Assembly (NCBI GenBank): GCA_040954595.2
Contig: CM082595.2
Coordinates: 9,537,918 to 9,601,917 of the forward strand
DNA: 64,000 bases
Source: Balanoglossus misakiensis
Taxonomy: Eukaryota > Animalia > Hemichordata
Direction: 5' to 3'
Below are positions 36,331 through 47,880 of this stretch, in pieces. Under the pieces are notes generated by a model. The model saw only the letters and a list, made by a program, of their open reading frames with translations. It was not told where the DNA came from and ran no database searches. Made by a program: the position numbers and the translations under genes. Each line of letters begins with the position of its first letter. Position 1 is the first letter of the stretch.

Positions 36331-37735
36331 TCCCCCCAACAACTGACACAAACCCATCTGTAACAAAGGGCTGAAATTCCTTTCTAATTACGGGTTTTCT
36401 AATTTCATCAATACGACTTGATAAAGCTTCCGAAACAACTTTTGGACAAGCAGACACAAAAGCATTAGGCGACGCTACATTTTGCTGTGCCCGTTTCAAA
36501 AGCAAACATTCATTTCTTGTGTGTCCCCTCTTTTGGCAATATGAACACTGAGGAAACGTAGGACATGACGACATTACGTGCCCCGGTTTCTTACAATAAT
36601 GGCATATGGGAGGGCTCGAGCCAATTCTCAATTTATTCTGATGATTAAAATTTGATCCACTTGTACGATTTACCTGAATGGGAGGTTTTGAATAATTTGG
36701 TTTATACCCTCCAGCATTGGCGACAGTCGCTGACGCTGTTGCCCTACCCGGTCCATGGTCTTTACCTCTGTAAGAAGAAAGTTTATGTGTCAATGCAAAA
36801 TCATCAGACATTGTGGCAGCTTTATGCAATGACTCAATATCTCTTTCATCTAAATATGTTTTGATTTCATCATGCACGCAACTCTTAAATTCTTCAATCA
36901 AAATTAACTGTTTCAATTTATCAAAATCGTTTCCAACATCTTTAGCACGGCACCATCGGTCAAAATACACCTCTTTCAAATGGGCAAATTCAACATGAGT
37001 ACGACTCGACTTCTGCAAATTTCTAAATTTCTGTCGATATGCCTCCGGCACCAACTCATACGCTTTCAAAATAGCAGTTTTAACTGCCTCATAATCGACA
37101 TACTCATCAGGGGACAAATTCGAGTATGCTTCTTGAGCTTTACCTCTCAAAACACTTTGCAACAACAAAGGCCACTTATCCTTAGGCCATTTCAAACTAT
37201 TGGCGACACGCTCAAAATGTTGGAAATATTTATCTATATCATCCTCATTAAATTGAGGTACTAAGCGTATCTGTTTTCCCAAATCAAAATAACTCTCTTC
37301 ATTTCTTACATCTGGTCGAAGACCCATTGACTCTCTCTCAAGATTATTTCTCATTTCCATTTCTTTTATTTTCATCTTTTCCGCAGTTTCAATTTCTTTT
37401 ACTCTAATTTCGAATTCTTTTAATTTCAATTTTTCCTGCATTTCAATTTCTTTTAATTTCAATTTCTCCTTCAATTCAAATTCCATTTTTAATTCCATCA
37501 GACGCAAATCAGCATTTGTCGACTTTTCTTCAATTTCAGGATACTGAATTAAAGCATCTAGTGGCAATTTATCCTCATCGACCAGAAATGCAACAATGAT
37601 ACGCTTAATTTCATCTTTACGCATGGAAGTTTTCACGCTGAGCTCAAGTTTGTTTGCAATCTCAATTAAATCCACCTTTTTACATGCTTCCAATCCGGCA
37701 AGGGATGGTGACTCAATAAATTCTGCGATATCCAT
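36254..37735 (-). CDS. Gmr1-type Gag
   Basis: MDIAEFIESPS.., coiled coil, LVPQFNEDDIDKYFQHFERVA, CHYCKKPGHVMSSC and CSYCQKRGHTRNEC; one base out of frame with pol at the G6A4 run (36328-36337). Confidence 0.9.
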   Translation of the reverse strand: MDIAEFIESPSLAGLEACKKVDLIEIANKLELSVKTSMRKDEIKRIIVAFLVDEDKLPLDALIQYPEIEEKSTNADLRLMELKMEFELKEKLKLKEIEMQEKLKLKEFEIRVKEIETAEKMKIKEMEMRNNLERESMGLRPDVRNEESYFDLGKQIRLVPQFNEDDIDKYFQHFERVANSLKWPKDKWPLLLQSVLRGKAQEAYSNLSPDEYVDYEAVKTAILKAYELVPEAYRQKFRNLQKSSRTHVEFAHLKEVYFDRWCRAKDVGNDFDKLKQLILIEEFKSCVHDEIKTYLDERDIESLHKAATMSDDFALTHKLSSYRGKDHGPGRATASATVANAGGYKPNYSKPPIQVNRTSGSNFNHQNKLRIGSSPPICHYCKKPGHVMSSCPTFPQCSYCQKRGHTRNECLLLKRAQQNVASPNAFVSACPKVVSEALSSRIDEIRKPVIRKEFQPFVTDGFVSVVGGKTYAHSDLAGHRCNPVFAVRRNFAC

Positions 37736-37827
37736 GTTTCTTCTATATTTATACTCAAAAATAAATCTATACCACAATCTATACTACGTAACTAATACTA
37801 CGGTTAAAACTCCCGGACGAGCCCCCA

Positions 37828-38561
37828 TGTCACGCATCGACGGCTATACGTGAACTAGACAAATCGAATCGAACGATCAAATCTACGAAAATATATTCCA
37901 CCTGGGGATTTAATTACTAATCATGAAAATATTACCCGTACATCAAAATACCATATACAGACATGACAATCAAAACGCCACGTGGTCAAACTTATGAAAA
38001 TAATCCGTTACAATCTTAACTTATCTTAACTTAACTTAAATCTAATAAATAAAGTCCGACAAACATCGTCCTCGTTGGCATGCATGTGGAGTCTGGTAAT
38101 TCATCCAGGTCTTCCTCCTGTCCGACTTGACCGCGACGCAGATACTCTTCGTGCACTTGCCAAAGTACACCGAGACGTCACCGCACATTCATTCCACACC
38201 AGCAATGTCCATTGACAGATCAAAGTTCCGTACGGCTAAACGCCCAATTTCAGAACATCTCGACATCAATTCAGTGTAGTGTGCTGGGTTATTAAAATAT
38301 ACCACAGGTTGAGATGAAAAGTGATAGTCAAAACTCACATGGTTGGAGGATGTCTATGGATCCAAAATCATACACGTCAAACGCTATGGCTGCCATCCTA
38401 TCAAATCCCCTAGGAAGTAGTCAGACCAGGTGGTCCTCAAGACTCCCCAAGCTACTAAAACACACGTATTCAATATACTAAATCTCACCACCGAGGGCGT
38501 AAACTCTAGAGAGACAATTACAAGTACATACAATTATGCTATATCACAGAATATCGTCACA
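37828..38561 (-). repeat. 5' LTR (734 bp)
   Basis: Followed on the minus strand by the tRNA-Pro PBS at 37811-37827. Confidence 0.95.
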
Positions 38562-39254
38562 CGTAAGACACACATCCCTAACACGCGAAGCCAGCTTATC
38601 CTTTGATCAAATGGCAGCGCTATTCTAAATATTTTACAGCATGCCCTAAAGGACAAACACGTGCCGCTGGAAGAGGCCAACACTCAGCAGAGACGGCAAG
38701 ATATTAACAGAGATGAGCCCCAACAATAAATTAATATTGTTCCTTTTATTTAGAAAACGCCGCATAATTAGCCAACCAATCATGGTTATGAGAAACCTCC
38801 AAAATACAATGTATCGATATTTACTGCATCTGTTCATACTTCGCCCGCGCTTTAAAAACCCTATAGCTGCTAAAATTGGCATATTTTTTTCCAGAGTACA
38901 ATACTTCATATGTATATTCCCTATTCCCTAAAATCTTCACCCGTGACCATTGAGCCATATTACTTGCATTTGCATTGGTTTGTCATAACTTGGCGTCGCA
39001 TTTCACGATAGCTGCTTAGCTGCTATTGTTTGTATGAAGGCTGATTAAATCGGTGAGGCACCGTTTTAATACATAGCATGTTCCAATTGCAACATGCAGT
39101 CACAATCGGGCATCGATAAGATGTTTATGTATACCTATCAGTAAGCTTATTTTGATGAACCAATTTAAGTTGGAAAATAAAATCATGAAAATAATGCAAA
39201 AAGTGGCAGCTTTGGAGGCTTTAAACTACAGTTCTCCCAAATTGTCTTGACTAA

Positions 39255-39405
39255 ATGACATACATGTGGTCAAAAGTTCTGACTGCAGAAGAGGTTGCAG
39301 CTCTGGCGGCGGACTGTTCAATTGGAGGAAATATATTTACATGGAATACAGACAATATTGAAATGGCAGCAGAAATAGTTCCTACTGAAAAGAATGCTAC
39401 CTGCA
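39255..39405 (+). pseudogene. Pentraxin/LamG-like domain C-terminal exon fragment
   Basis: MWSKVLTAEEVAALAADCSIGGNIFTW resembles the pentraxin tail (W..VL...EI.....C...GN...W). Donor GCA|GTGAGT; in-frame stop just upstream. Confidence 0.6.
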
Positions 39406-40291
39406 GTGAGTATCACAACTTTAAAATGAAAGATTTTGCAAATTTAAAAAAAATATTGAGTGTTTTGACATGCGTCAGTGGTCAGTAACACACAAGCTGC
39501 ATGATAAGAGGGTCACGAGAAATTGTAAGCCGCAATGTATAATGGATTAACTCCATGACCTATGCGACCTACGAACTGTGACGTACAGAATTTATTTCTA
39601 CGTGTAATGCGGTCTGCGGCAGTGAGCCACAGACCGCATTGCGAGAGCAGTGAGAATTCACCACAATGCAAACTTTCTGAACGTAGGTTGATCTTCGAAT
39701 GAAATATTACCTTGTCACCAGTTTTCCACATGGCTACACTGTAAAATTGGGTGACGTGTTCGTTCACAAGTGGAATAATTGTGAGTAGTAAAGCACGCGA
39801 AGTTAAGCAACGAGCACGTTTTGAAATGCGCGCAGATGATCCCAGTTTAGCAAATTCAGGCCATTGCGTGCATGCAAAAAAAATAATACTGTACCGGGGG
39901 TGAGCCTACTTTCTTTCCATACAGATACACGTATATGTTGGTTAAGGTATGTGACAAACAGTTTTCATGTAACAGCCAGTGATGCTGACCATAAAACCAG
40001 CGCAGCTGATGCTTTCATCTACAATTTGCAACATGGACGTTTGTGTCTCTGCATGTGTCGTGCATGTTACTGCTGAACAAAAAAGATATGCGGGCACCAC
40101 AGGCTGGCGAAAGCGGTGCTCACGTGCTCTGCAAGCTGATGTTGTCACTAAATTGGCAAAGTATTGTACACATGGAGGAGTTTCTTGAGCTGTCTGTTGT
40201 ATAAATGTCGGTTGTGAGTACATTATTTTTTATTTTATTTTAATAATTTTCAAAGCCCCTATGATTGAAGCATATTATTACGACTCATCCG

Positions 40292-40370
40292 TTCATCATT
40301 CATTCATTCATTCATTCATTCATTCATTCATTCATTCATTCATTCATTCATTCATTCATTCATCCATTCA
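40292..40370. repeat. (TTCA)n microsatellite
   Basis: Seen directly. Confidence 0.95.
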
Positions 40371-42864
40371 GTCAGTCACTGTACCAATTGAAGACGCCCT
40401 TGTATAGGAGAATTTAGCTATGTACTGACTGTCTTTTCATTTTTTCTTCATCCAATAGAATCTACCGACCTGGTCGCTGTCAATAACAATTCAACTCCTT
40501 AAACATCCTGTGTGTGTGAAGTCTATGAACACTGGCCATGCATTTCAATTCAAGGACAAAATGAATGCGCAATATTTCGTTTTATCGAGAGTAATGTGCA
40601 GTGATTAAATTTGCTAGGGCTCTCTTAGCAGATTTGGAGTTAGTCATTTTGGTAGAAACTTTTCGAGATGGGAAATCTTTGGTCATCTAACCAAGTTATT
40701 TGTATTTTTGTTATATAAGACAGAGTCATTTCTATATCATAGATGCAAGTTTAATTTATAACATGAATTTGAATAAAATATTTTTTTTAAATATCACCAC
40801 ATGAATTTGAATAAAATATTTTTTTTAAATATCACCAGATTGAAATCTTTGGAAGTTTGCACTTAGAGAGATGGCATGGCAGTTTTCCACTGTTCATATT
40901 ACAAAGAATTTGGCGTCACGTGTAGATTTCATGAGTGTTCGAGTTTTGCTCTTCCCAGCCTCGTATCCACAATCCTCTGATACTTACACTTACGTCAGTT
41001 CTATAGCCGCTGACCCACTAGATTCTCCTTATGAATTGCCCAAATTATTTTTTGGTATAGTTTTGATAGTTAGTGCACGGAAACTTTTGATCGATTCACG
41101 AAATTCAAAATATGTTACATCACAAACCTCATAAAAAGGAGGCTAGAGTAGCCTGTTTGTTTTCAGGTAATTTTACAATAACCTCAATTACCTTTTTTCG
41201 AGGGAGGGGGTTAAGAAAACATACAGATTGAAATAACAAGGAAGTGGTATATCAAACCGAAACCTTATCTCAATCGTGATTCTAGAGTGTTTCCATGTCA
41301 TGTGACATCCACAAAAATGTGGTATTATCTTGAAAAGAGTCCCGATTTCCCAAACTGGTTTTGCGAATGTACTTCACTTTGGAGCAATGCATGAGTACAT
41401 TCGTAGAAAGATATTGCTCCACTATTTACTGACACTCCTCTTGTACTGCAAATATTACTGCATTCTGTCAGGGCAAGACAAAAGACACAGCAGAACTGCC
41501 AGAATTAAAACAGACAACTGGCAATTTCAATAAAACATGTAATAACAAATATATGTAACATTGAATGAGGTGTCCATACAGCTTGGTCATTTAAAGACCT
41601 CCAGTCATTGCGACAATGCATAAATATTTATGTACACCATATTAAAAATTAGTTCAGGCATACCTTATACATGTATGTTTTTGACTGACCATATCCTCAG
41701 CACGCCCTTTTTTTCAAAAAGACTATCATTATTCTCTGCCAGGCAGAGAGTTGCCGCTTTCTTGTTAACAATAATATACTATTATAACATTGCATAGATT
41801 CCTGTTTGTTTCTGTCCATATCTCACAAACTGTGGTGTGCATACTGTTGAAATGACCTCAAGAAGAAAATGCCAAATGGAAAAATATTTGACATACTAAC
41901 CTGTATGATAATGTTATACGGTACAATATATTTAACGGTTCCAATCCAATGTTGAGAACTAACAAAACAATTTGAGCAGAATTCATTTAAAATTAATTGC
42001 AGTTCCGTTTCACCGCATTTCATAGGATGCTGGCTAAAATTCATACTATGGTGGATTACCTGTTATGCATTTCTTTCCCTATTTCGTCTGGCAGATTTGA
42101 GTTTGACAAGCTGTCATTTTCCTTTCAGCTCCGCAAAATTGATGGATTTACTTTGACAGCACACAGACTGTCCATTTGTCATCGGAGATACAAGCAGCAT
42201 CAGTTGCTGAACAGCTTGCAGCAGTGTTGGAAAAGAGTACACAACACTAACTTGCAAGAGTGCTTTGGCCCTTTCTTCACACTGTCCGAAACTTGTTGTG
42301 TTACATCATTGCATAATGAATAAGAAATACACAGGTATTTAGCGTTCTATTCAATACCTACAATAGATAAAAGGGTGTCGGTCTGTATGCGACAATCTTC
42401 AATGTTCTTATGAGCACAAGGCTTTATTCAGGGAACGTTTTACAGTAAGAATTATATGATATAAACTGAATAAGTTTGTTGTCTGTCAACTCTTCTGTCT
42501 TTGTCTTACCGATACGGTTCTAACCGCAAACACTGAGGCTTCTCTGCTCGTACACAGTATAAATCAATGGATGATAAAATGCGCCCTCTTTTGGTGAACT
42601 CTTCCTACCGCCCGACCTTCTACCTTACATTAAGGCATGTAGGGCGGTCAGGTAGATGGCAGTGTATTGCAAGCGTCTCTTGCATATTTTTTTCCGCCAG
42701 GAATGGCATACATTCGTTTATGGCGACACCACAACTGCTGGAACTTCTCGAAAAATTGAGAGCCGGATTTCATAAATGCTCATGTTTTCCGAAGGGCTGA
42801 AAGAAGATCCAGAGTGGAATATTTAAATTTGCCTGTGGCAGACATCATAGTGGCTGCCAGTTAT

Positions 42865-43057
42865 TATATTTCTTGTGCAAGAGATAGTATCTTGTTCCAG
42901 CGAGATGTTTTCTCGTGTGCACGAGAAACATGCTATCTCGTGCATATCTCGTGCGCACGAGAAAATTGCGAGCGCACTCGTGTTCACGAGAAAATATCAC
43001 ATGCACACGTAAGTCGTGCGCACGAGATAAAAAAATGTGCCCTGTAGTCTTTCTTAG
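42865..43057. repeat. Cluster of palindromic TCTCGTGCGCACGAGA-like motifs (small non-autonomous DNA element)
   Basis: Several degenerate copies of TCTCGTG(C/T)GCACGAGA within ~170 bp. Confidence 0.6.
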
Positions 43058-44097
43058 GACATGGTAGCGTGACGTCGCATTGTAATTAACGGACGATCTT
43101 GGAAATTCGGCTATTAATGGTGAATGGACTTTCGCCTCCTTCGAACAACAACAGAGACTGACGTCGCAACAATGACAGAAAAAGTGAAGCAAATGGCCGA
43201 CAAAACGAAGAGAATCGGAAAACGGGCAGGATCCTCGGCACAGACATCTGGGAATAATACCACCACATCAAATAGAACGACGAGTAGTGCAGGACAAACC
43301 GCCACCAGTGACTATGACAACAAGTCTGAAGGCGATGCTGGCGAACCCTTGCACAATACAACTACAGTCCTACAGAGAAATGCAGCCCAGCGCCACTCAA
43401 GATTTTCCATTCCTGGTCTGGCAGCAGCCAAAATATGTTGTTGTTTTTTCTCTTAGAAGCGACCTCAGTCTGAGCTGCATGAGAATAAACTGTAGGTTGG
43501 GAATACAACAAAAAAACACGCAGTCGCTGCGGTCAACACGTAGCTATTAGTTTCGGTTTTATGTTCGCTACAGCTCGGAAACCAAAATGTGGTACAACTT
43601 CAAGCTACATAAACTGGAAAGCATAGTACGTGCAGAGCAGACCATGGTGACGAAAGCAGGTATTCTAGGTCGTAAGATAAAAACACGGCGCTAGAAAAAC
43701 AGTCATCAAAAGTTGCACGTGTTCCCCGGCCAAAAATAATGTAATTGTTGGCGCACAGAAAGTCCAGTCGATAAACGTTTACGCTATAGAAACTCACTCT
43801 CTCAGCAAAAGTCTGACACCCTCGTCAATGACAAAACGCAAACCGAGCTGGGTATGATCAAGTCAAACATAGGGCCAATCCCCACTCTGTGTTTTATTAT
43901 TTTCCACATACGATGGTTCTAAATAAAAATGTACCTATTTGAAATGCTTACCGAGGTAAGATCATTGAAAGTTTTCAAACGTTGATGACAAATGTATAAC
44001 TGATTTTTTACAAATGAATAATCGCGCACTTGCATGTTATTTTCTCTATACCAGACACCGCGCGCGCGCCGTTGGCAAAAAAAAAACGCGGAAAATT

Positions 44098-44289
44098 ATT
44101 GAGCATGCGCAGTCGATGCTTCACATTGTAAACAAGATGGCGTCGCTGCCTATGCTTCTCGACCGCTGTCGCCTGACTATGTCGGCAAAGAAGAGACGAA
44201 TTTAACCATGCAACGCCATATCGGAAGACAGAATGATCGCGAGATGAAACCGGGCTATCCAACGATTAGGCAGCCATGTTGACTGATTG
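44098..44289 (+). promoter_or_regulatory. CpG-rich promoter/first-exon-like segment facing outward (right copy)
   Basis: GCATGCGCA at 44103-44111, AAGATGGCG at 44134-44142 and donor TTG|GTATGT at 44290. Confidence 0.45.
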
Positions 44290-46224
44290 GTATGTCGCCG
44301 AAGTAATTATTTGCCATTGATTTGTTTACCAGAAACGGTTTGCCTTTGGAACACATTTGGCCTCACCGAAATTGATTTCAGAGGTTTTTTCCCAAAAACT
44401 AATGACGTTCGTTTTCACCTGAGTGCGAGGATGGATTGAAGGGACACAAGCTTTTGTAGCCACCAATATTTTGACACTCTTTATATCAATGTTGAGCTGG
44501 CATATTTGCTCCAATATGATGTAGTGTACCTGTTGCATTGAAATGAAGCTGTAATAATATTACAGTGCAATCTAGTCCTTTGGGTTAATAGGAAAACGAG
44601 GTCAATAAATGACAGGTTTATTTAAATACAGGATATATTTATCACAAGCACTTATGCATATGTATGAGATACTTATTTATTTTTAATTTATTTTTTATTT
44701 TTTATTTATTTTGTACGTTCAGGTAATCATATGGATTTGTATGGAATCACATACACATTAATTGAAGACTATCATATCACAGAAGTCGAGCCGCCAGATG
44801 TGTAAGGTAACCATTTAGGTTTCATGACTAAGTTTGTTTAAGAATTCATAAAGCTACCCAATGAATGAATTTCCTTAAAATTTCACAAATGTGACAGAGT
44901 TTGCAGTTGTGCAAGAAAGTGTGTATTATTCACATAAGAATTGTTTCGTATCCATTTTTCTGATGGCAATGCATTTGACTGTAAACAAATATGGATGTCA
45001 GTTAGTAGTGCTATTTTGTCAGTGAAATGGCTTCATCATCATCCCTCCAACCAAAGTTGAAACAGAGTTGCAAATATTGCACAGCTTGAAATCATAAAAT
45101 GTTGCAAAATTGAACCAACCCTTTGGTCAACGATTATCTTCTTACAGCTATTATTAGAACCAGACAGTCTCAGGGAACAAGAGACATGGGCCTGATTTGC
45201 AAGTTGAGTTAGAACTGCCTTTGCCTGCCCACGGACGCCCCAATTTCAGCAAAAATTATTGCATTAAAATATGAGTATGGAGAACTATGCTCTGTGTTTC
45301 TTTTGTTAGCTTACATAGCTGTTGTCATTCTAGTTTTTCCTCCGTCCTGTGAGCAGAGTTTCAGTTGCGAAAACCGACAGTTCTCAAAGTACAAAAGTAC
45401 ACCTAAATTGCCTCGGTGATGAGCATGCAGAATTTATCTGATGCTTCTTACTGGCAGAAGGACCCCACCAGTTGCAGATTGTGAATTCCATGGCACAAGG
45501 GAATTTACGCTTTGCGTTCAAATATAAATAATTAAATCCTGTAAAATTATTCTATATGTTATTTATTGATGATTCAAAAGTGTTTTGACTGATTGTGTTA
45601 GAGTACCTGTATTCCATATAAGCATGCTGTCAGTGCACATCCGATTGATAACAATTTCACATTTTTAAAAATTTGCTTCTCTGAATAATTATGAATACAT
45701 AAAACTTCATATGATATAAATTGATAAACATTAAACCCCGATGCGTGGTATAAAAGACCCCCCAAATCAGTGGCGAATCTTAATGCCGTTTGACTGACAA
45801 CAGACAACACCAACGATCTTGGCTCTATGAAAATCGGCCCAAACAGATCCAAGCATAAAGAATTACACCACACAACGACAGTGGTTGGCTTTATAAACAC
45901 ACACAACATAAAGTTATCGATGAAAAAGTACACGAGCTTTTGAAACAACGATGATTTTGGGAGAAATCTGGTTTCAGTGCTTTTCAGAAGCATCCCTGGG
46001 AAACAATAACCACGCCATTCAAACAGCTGTCAATCGCACAGAGGTGTAAAGTGTTCAATTATTTTCTATGTACATGAGATCAATTACACAGTTATTATGC
46101 ACGACGACCACTCCCAAATAAACAACTGTACAAACACACGTTAATCCGAACCCCAGTACTTTCCGCACCGGGGTTTAAGGCCTAATGCTAGTGTCACAAC
46201 ATTGATTACCAGACCGTTTCCCTC

Positions 46225-46350
46225 TGTATGTATGTATGTATGTATGTATGTATGTATGTATGTATGTATGTATGTATGCAGCCATGTATGCATGTGTTTG
46301 TGTGTGTGTGTACATGTGTGTATGCATGTTACATGTATATATGGATGTAT
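46225..46350. repeat. (TATG)n/(TG)n microsatellite
   Basis: Seen directly. Confidence 0.9.
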
Positions 46351-47842
46351 GTCTGCCCTGATCCAAAACATGAAACCACGCTTTTTTTATTTTGGTGTGT
46401 AGATGGGATTTTGCTTAAATGAAGTTGTCATTGCAAAAATACGCAAATAACCTGTGAAATATGTGGAATTGATCAAAACTCAACAACTGGTTAGACTGCT
46501 TTGAACATTTGTATGCATGTAGGTAATGTCATCATACCTGATATACTTTGAGTTTATATCGTGAATTGTCTATTTTTTATGCAATTATTTTGTCTTGTTT
46601 TACCATTTGAAAAAAAATCTTTTTCTCTTAAAGAGATTGGCTGATTTCTTTAGAATTTAGTATGACACTTCCGGTAGGTGATCTTAGTTGGTTTTGTTTA
46701 AATTGTCGCAGAATTTGTAATCTGTCATTTTTGGTCAAAATTCATTTTCTGAGAAACTCCTTAGATTGCTTTTAAATTTTGGTATGCTTGTTCCAAGAGG
46801 TAACCCAAGTAATGTTGTATATCATTTTGGTGAAATTTACATATTGTGGTCTTGGGGCAATTTTTGCAATTTGTATTCTTTGAAACTACTAGTCAGATTG
46901 CTTTCAACTTTGGGAGGCGTGGTGATTGAAGTAGATATTATACAATTTGTTGATAGTTGGATAGATGTGGTTTGAGGCAGTTTTTGTCATTATTGAATGT
47001 TGTTTTCCCTAAAATACTTGTCTGGTTCCTTTGAAATGTTCTTACAGTAGGTCATATCTGCTTGCCAATGTCACATGATTTTTCCCATGAACACAGACAT
47101 ACCTAATTTTGTGTAATCCCCAGATGGGACCACAGTGTGTAATAACCTGACCAACAGTGACTAGTATATCCTGTACTTCTCACAAGGTTGAAGTACATGT
47201 AGACTGTTGATGATTTTTTGCGATTCTTCAGAAACTTACAATACAGAGTCTAATGTGGTAACGTCCATGGTCACATTAGTCCTGTTTCAAAATGACCTAC
47301 ATTACACGTCCTATACACATGTTTTGCATGTTATGATTGGTTTATCCGCTTCTCTTAGGTCCACTTGCGGCACGCTGATTGGAGGGACCTTGTAGGTTAG
47401 GTCTTATTATTATGTATTATTCACTAGACCTTGTAGGTTAGGTCTTATTACTATGCATTTTTCGCTTTACAGCTCCCTGATTGGTTAACGTGTCAGTCTG
47501 GTCCCCCATGTGTTCACTGCCTCATAATACAGGACCTTGTAGGTTAGGTCATATTAATATGTATTTATTCACCATACAGCTCCCTGATTGGTTAACGTGT
47601 CAGTCTGGTCTCCCAGTGTTCACTGCCTCATTGTGAAATGTCCCATGTGCTTCCTGGCTAGCGTTGTGGTAACACATTATTCGGTATGTCCGCAGATCAT
47701 TCATTAATTTTCTGAGAAATAGCCTGACTGATACTATCTCCAACATAAACTGCACCCTGGAAAGATTAAATGATTTTTAGATGGACTTTGAAAATCTGAT
47801 TAACACATCTAAGCATTTTTGCTAACAGTTGTATATTTTCTT

Positions 47843-47843
47843 A

Positions 47844-47880
<37 letters not shown>

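Larger units (their letters stand above)
28394..38561 (-). mobile_element. Gmr1-type Gypsy LTR retrotransposon (PR-IN-RT-RH order) with a nested insertion
   Basis: 734-bp TG..CA LTRs at 28394-29127 and 37828-38561; tRNA-Pro PBS TGGGGGCTCGTCCGGGA; PPT GGAAGGGGGG; flanks CGTC/CGTA. Confidence 0.95.

Noticed and set aside
36328-36337. Programmed -1 frameshift between Gmr1 gag and pol
   Set aside because: The shift needed is +1 and lies in a homopolymer; slippage mutation or sequencing error is more likely.
40760-40837. 39-bp perfect tandem duplication
   Set aside because: Simple local slippage duplication with no further structure.
43124-43456. 110-aa Ser/Thr-rich ORF
   Set aside because: Low complexity, no domain or clear splice structure; cannot be supported as a gene.
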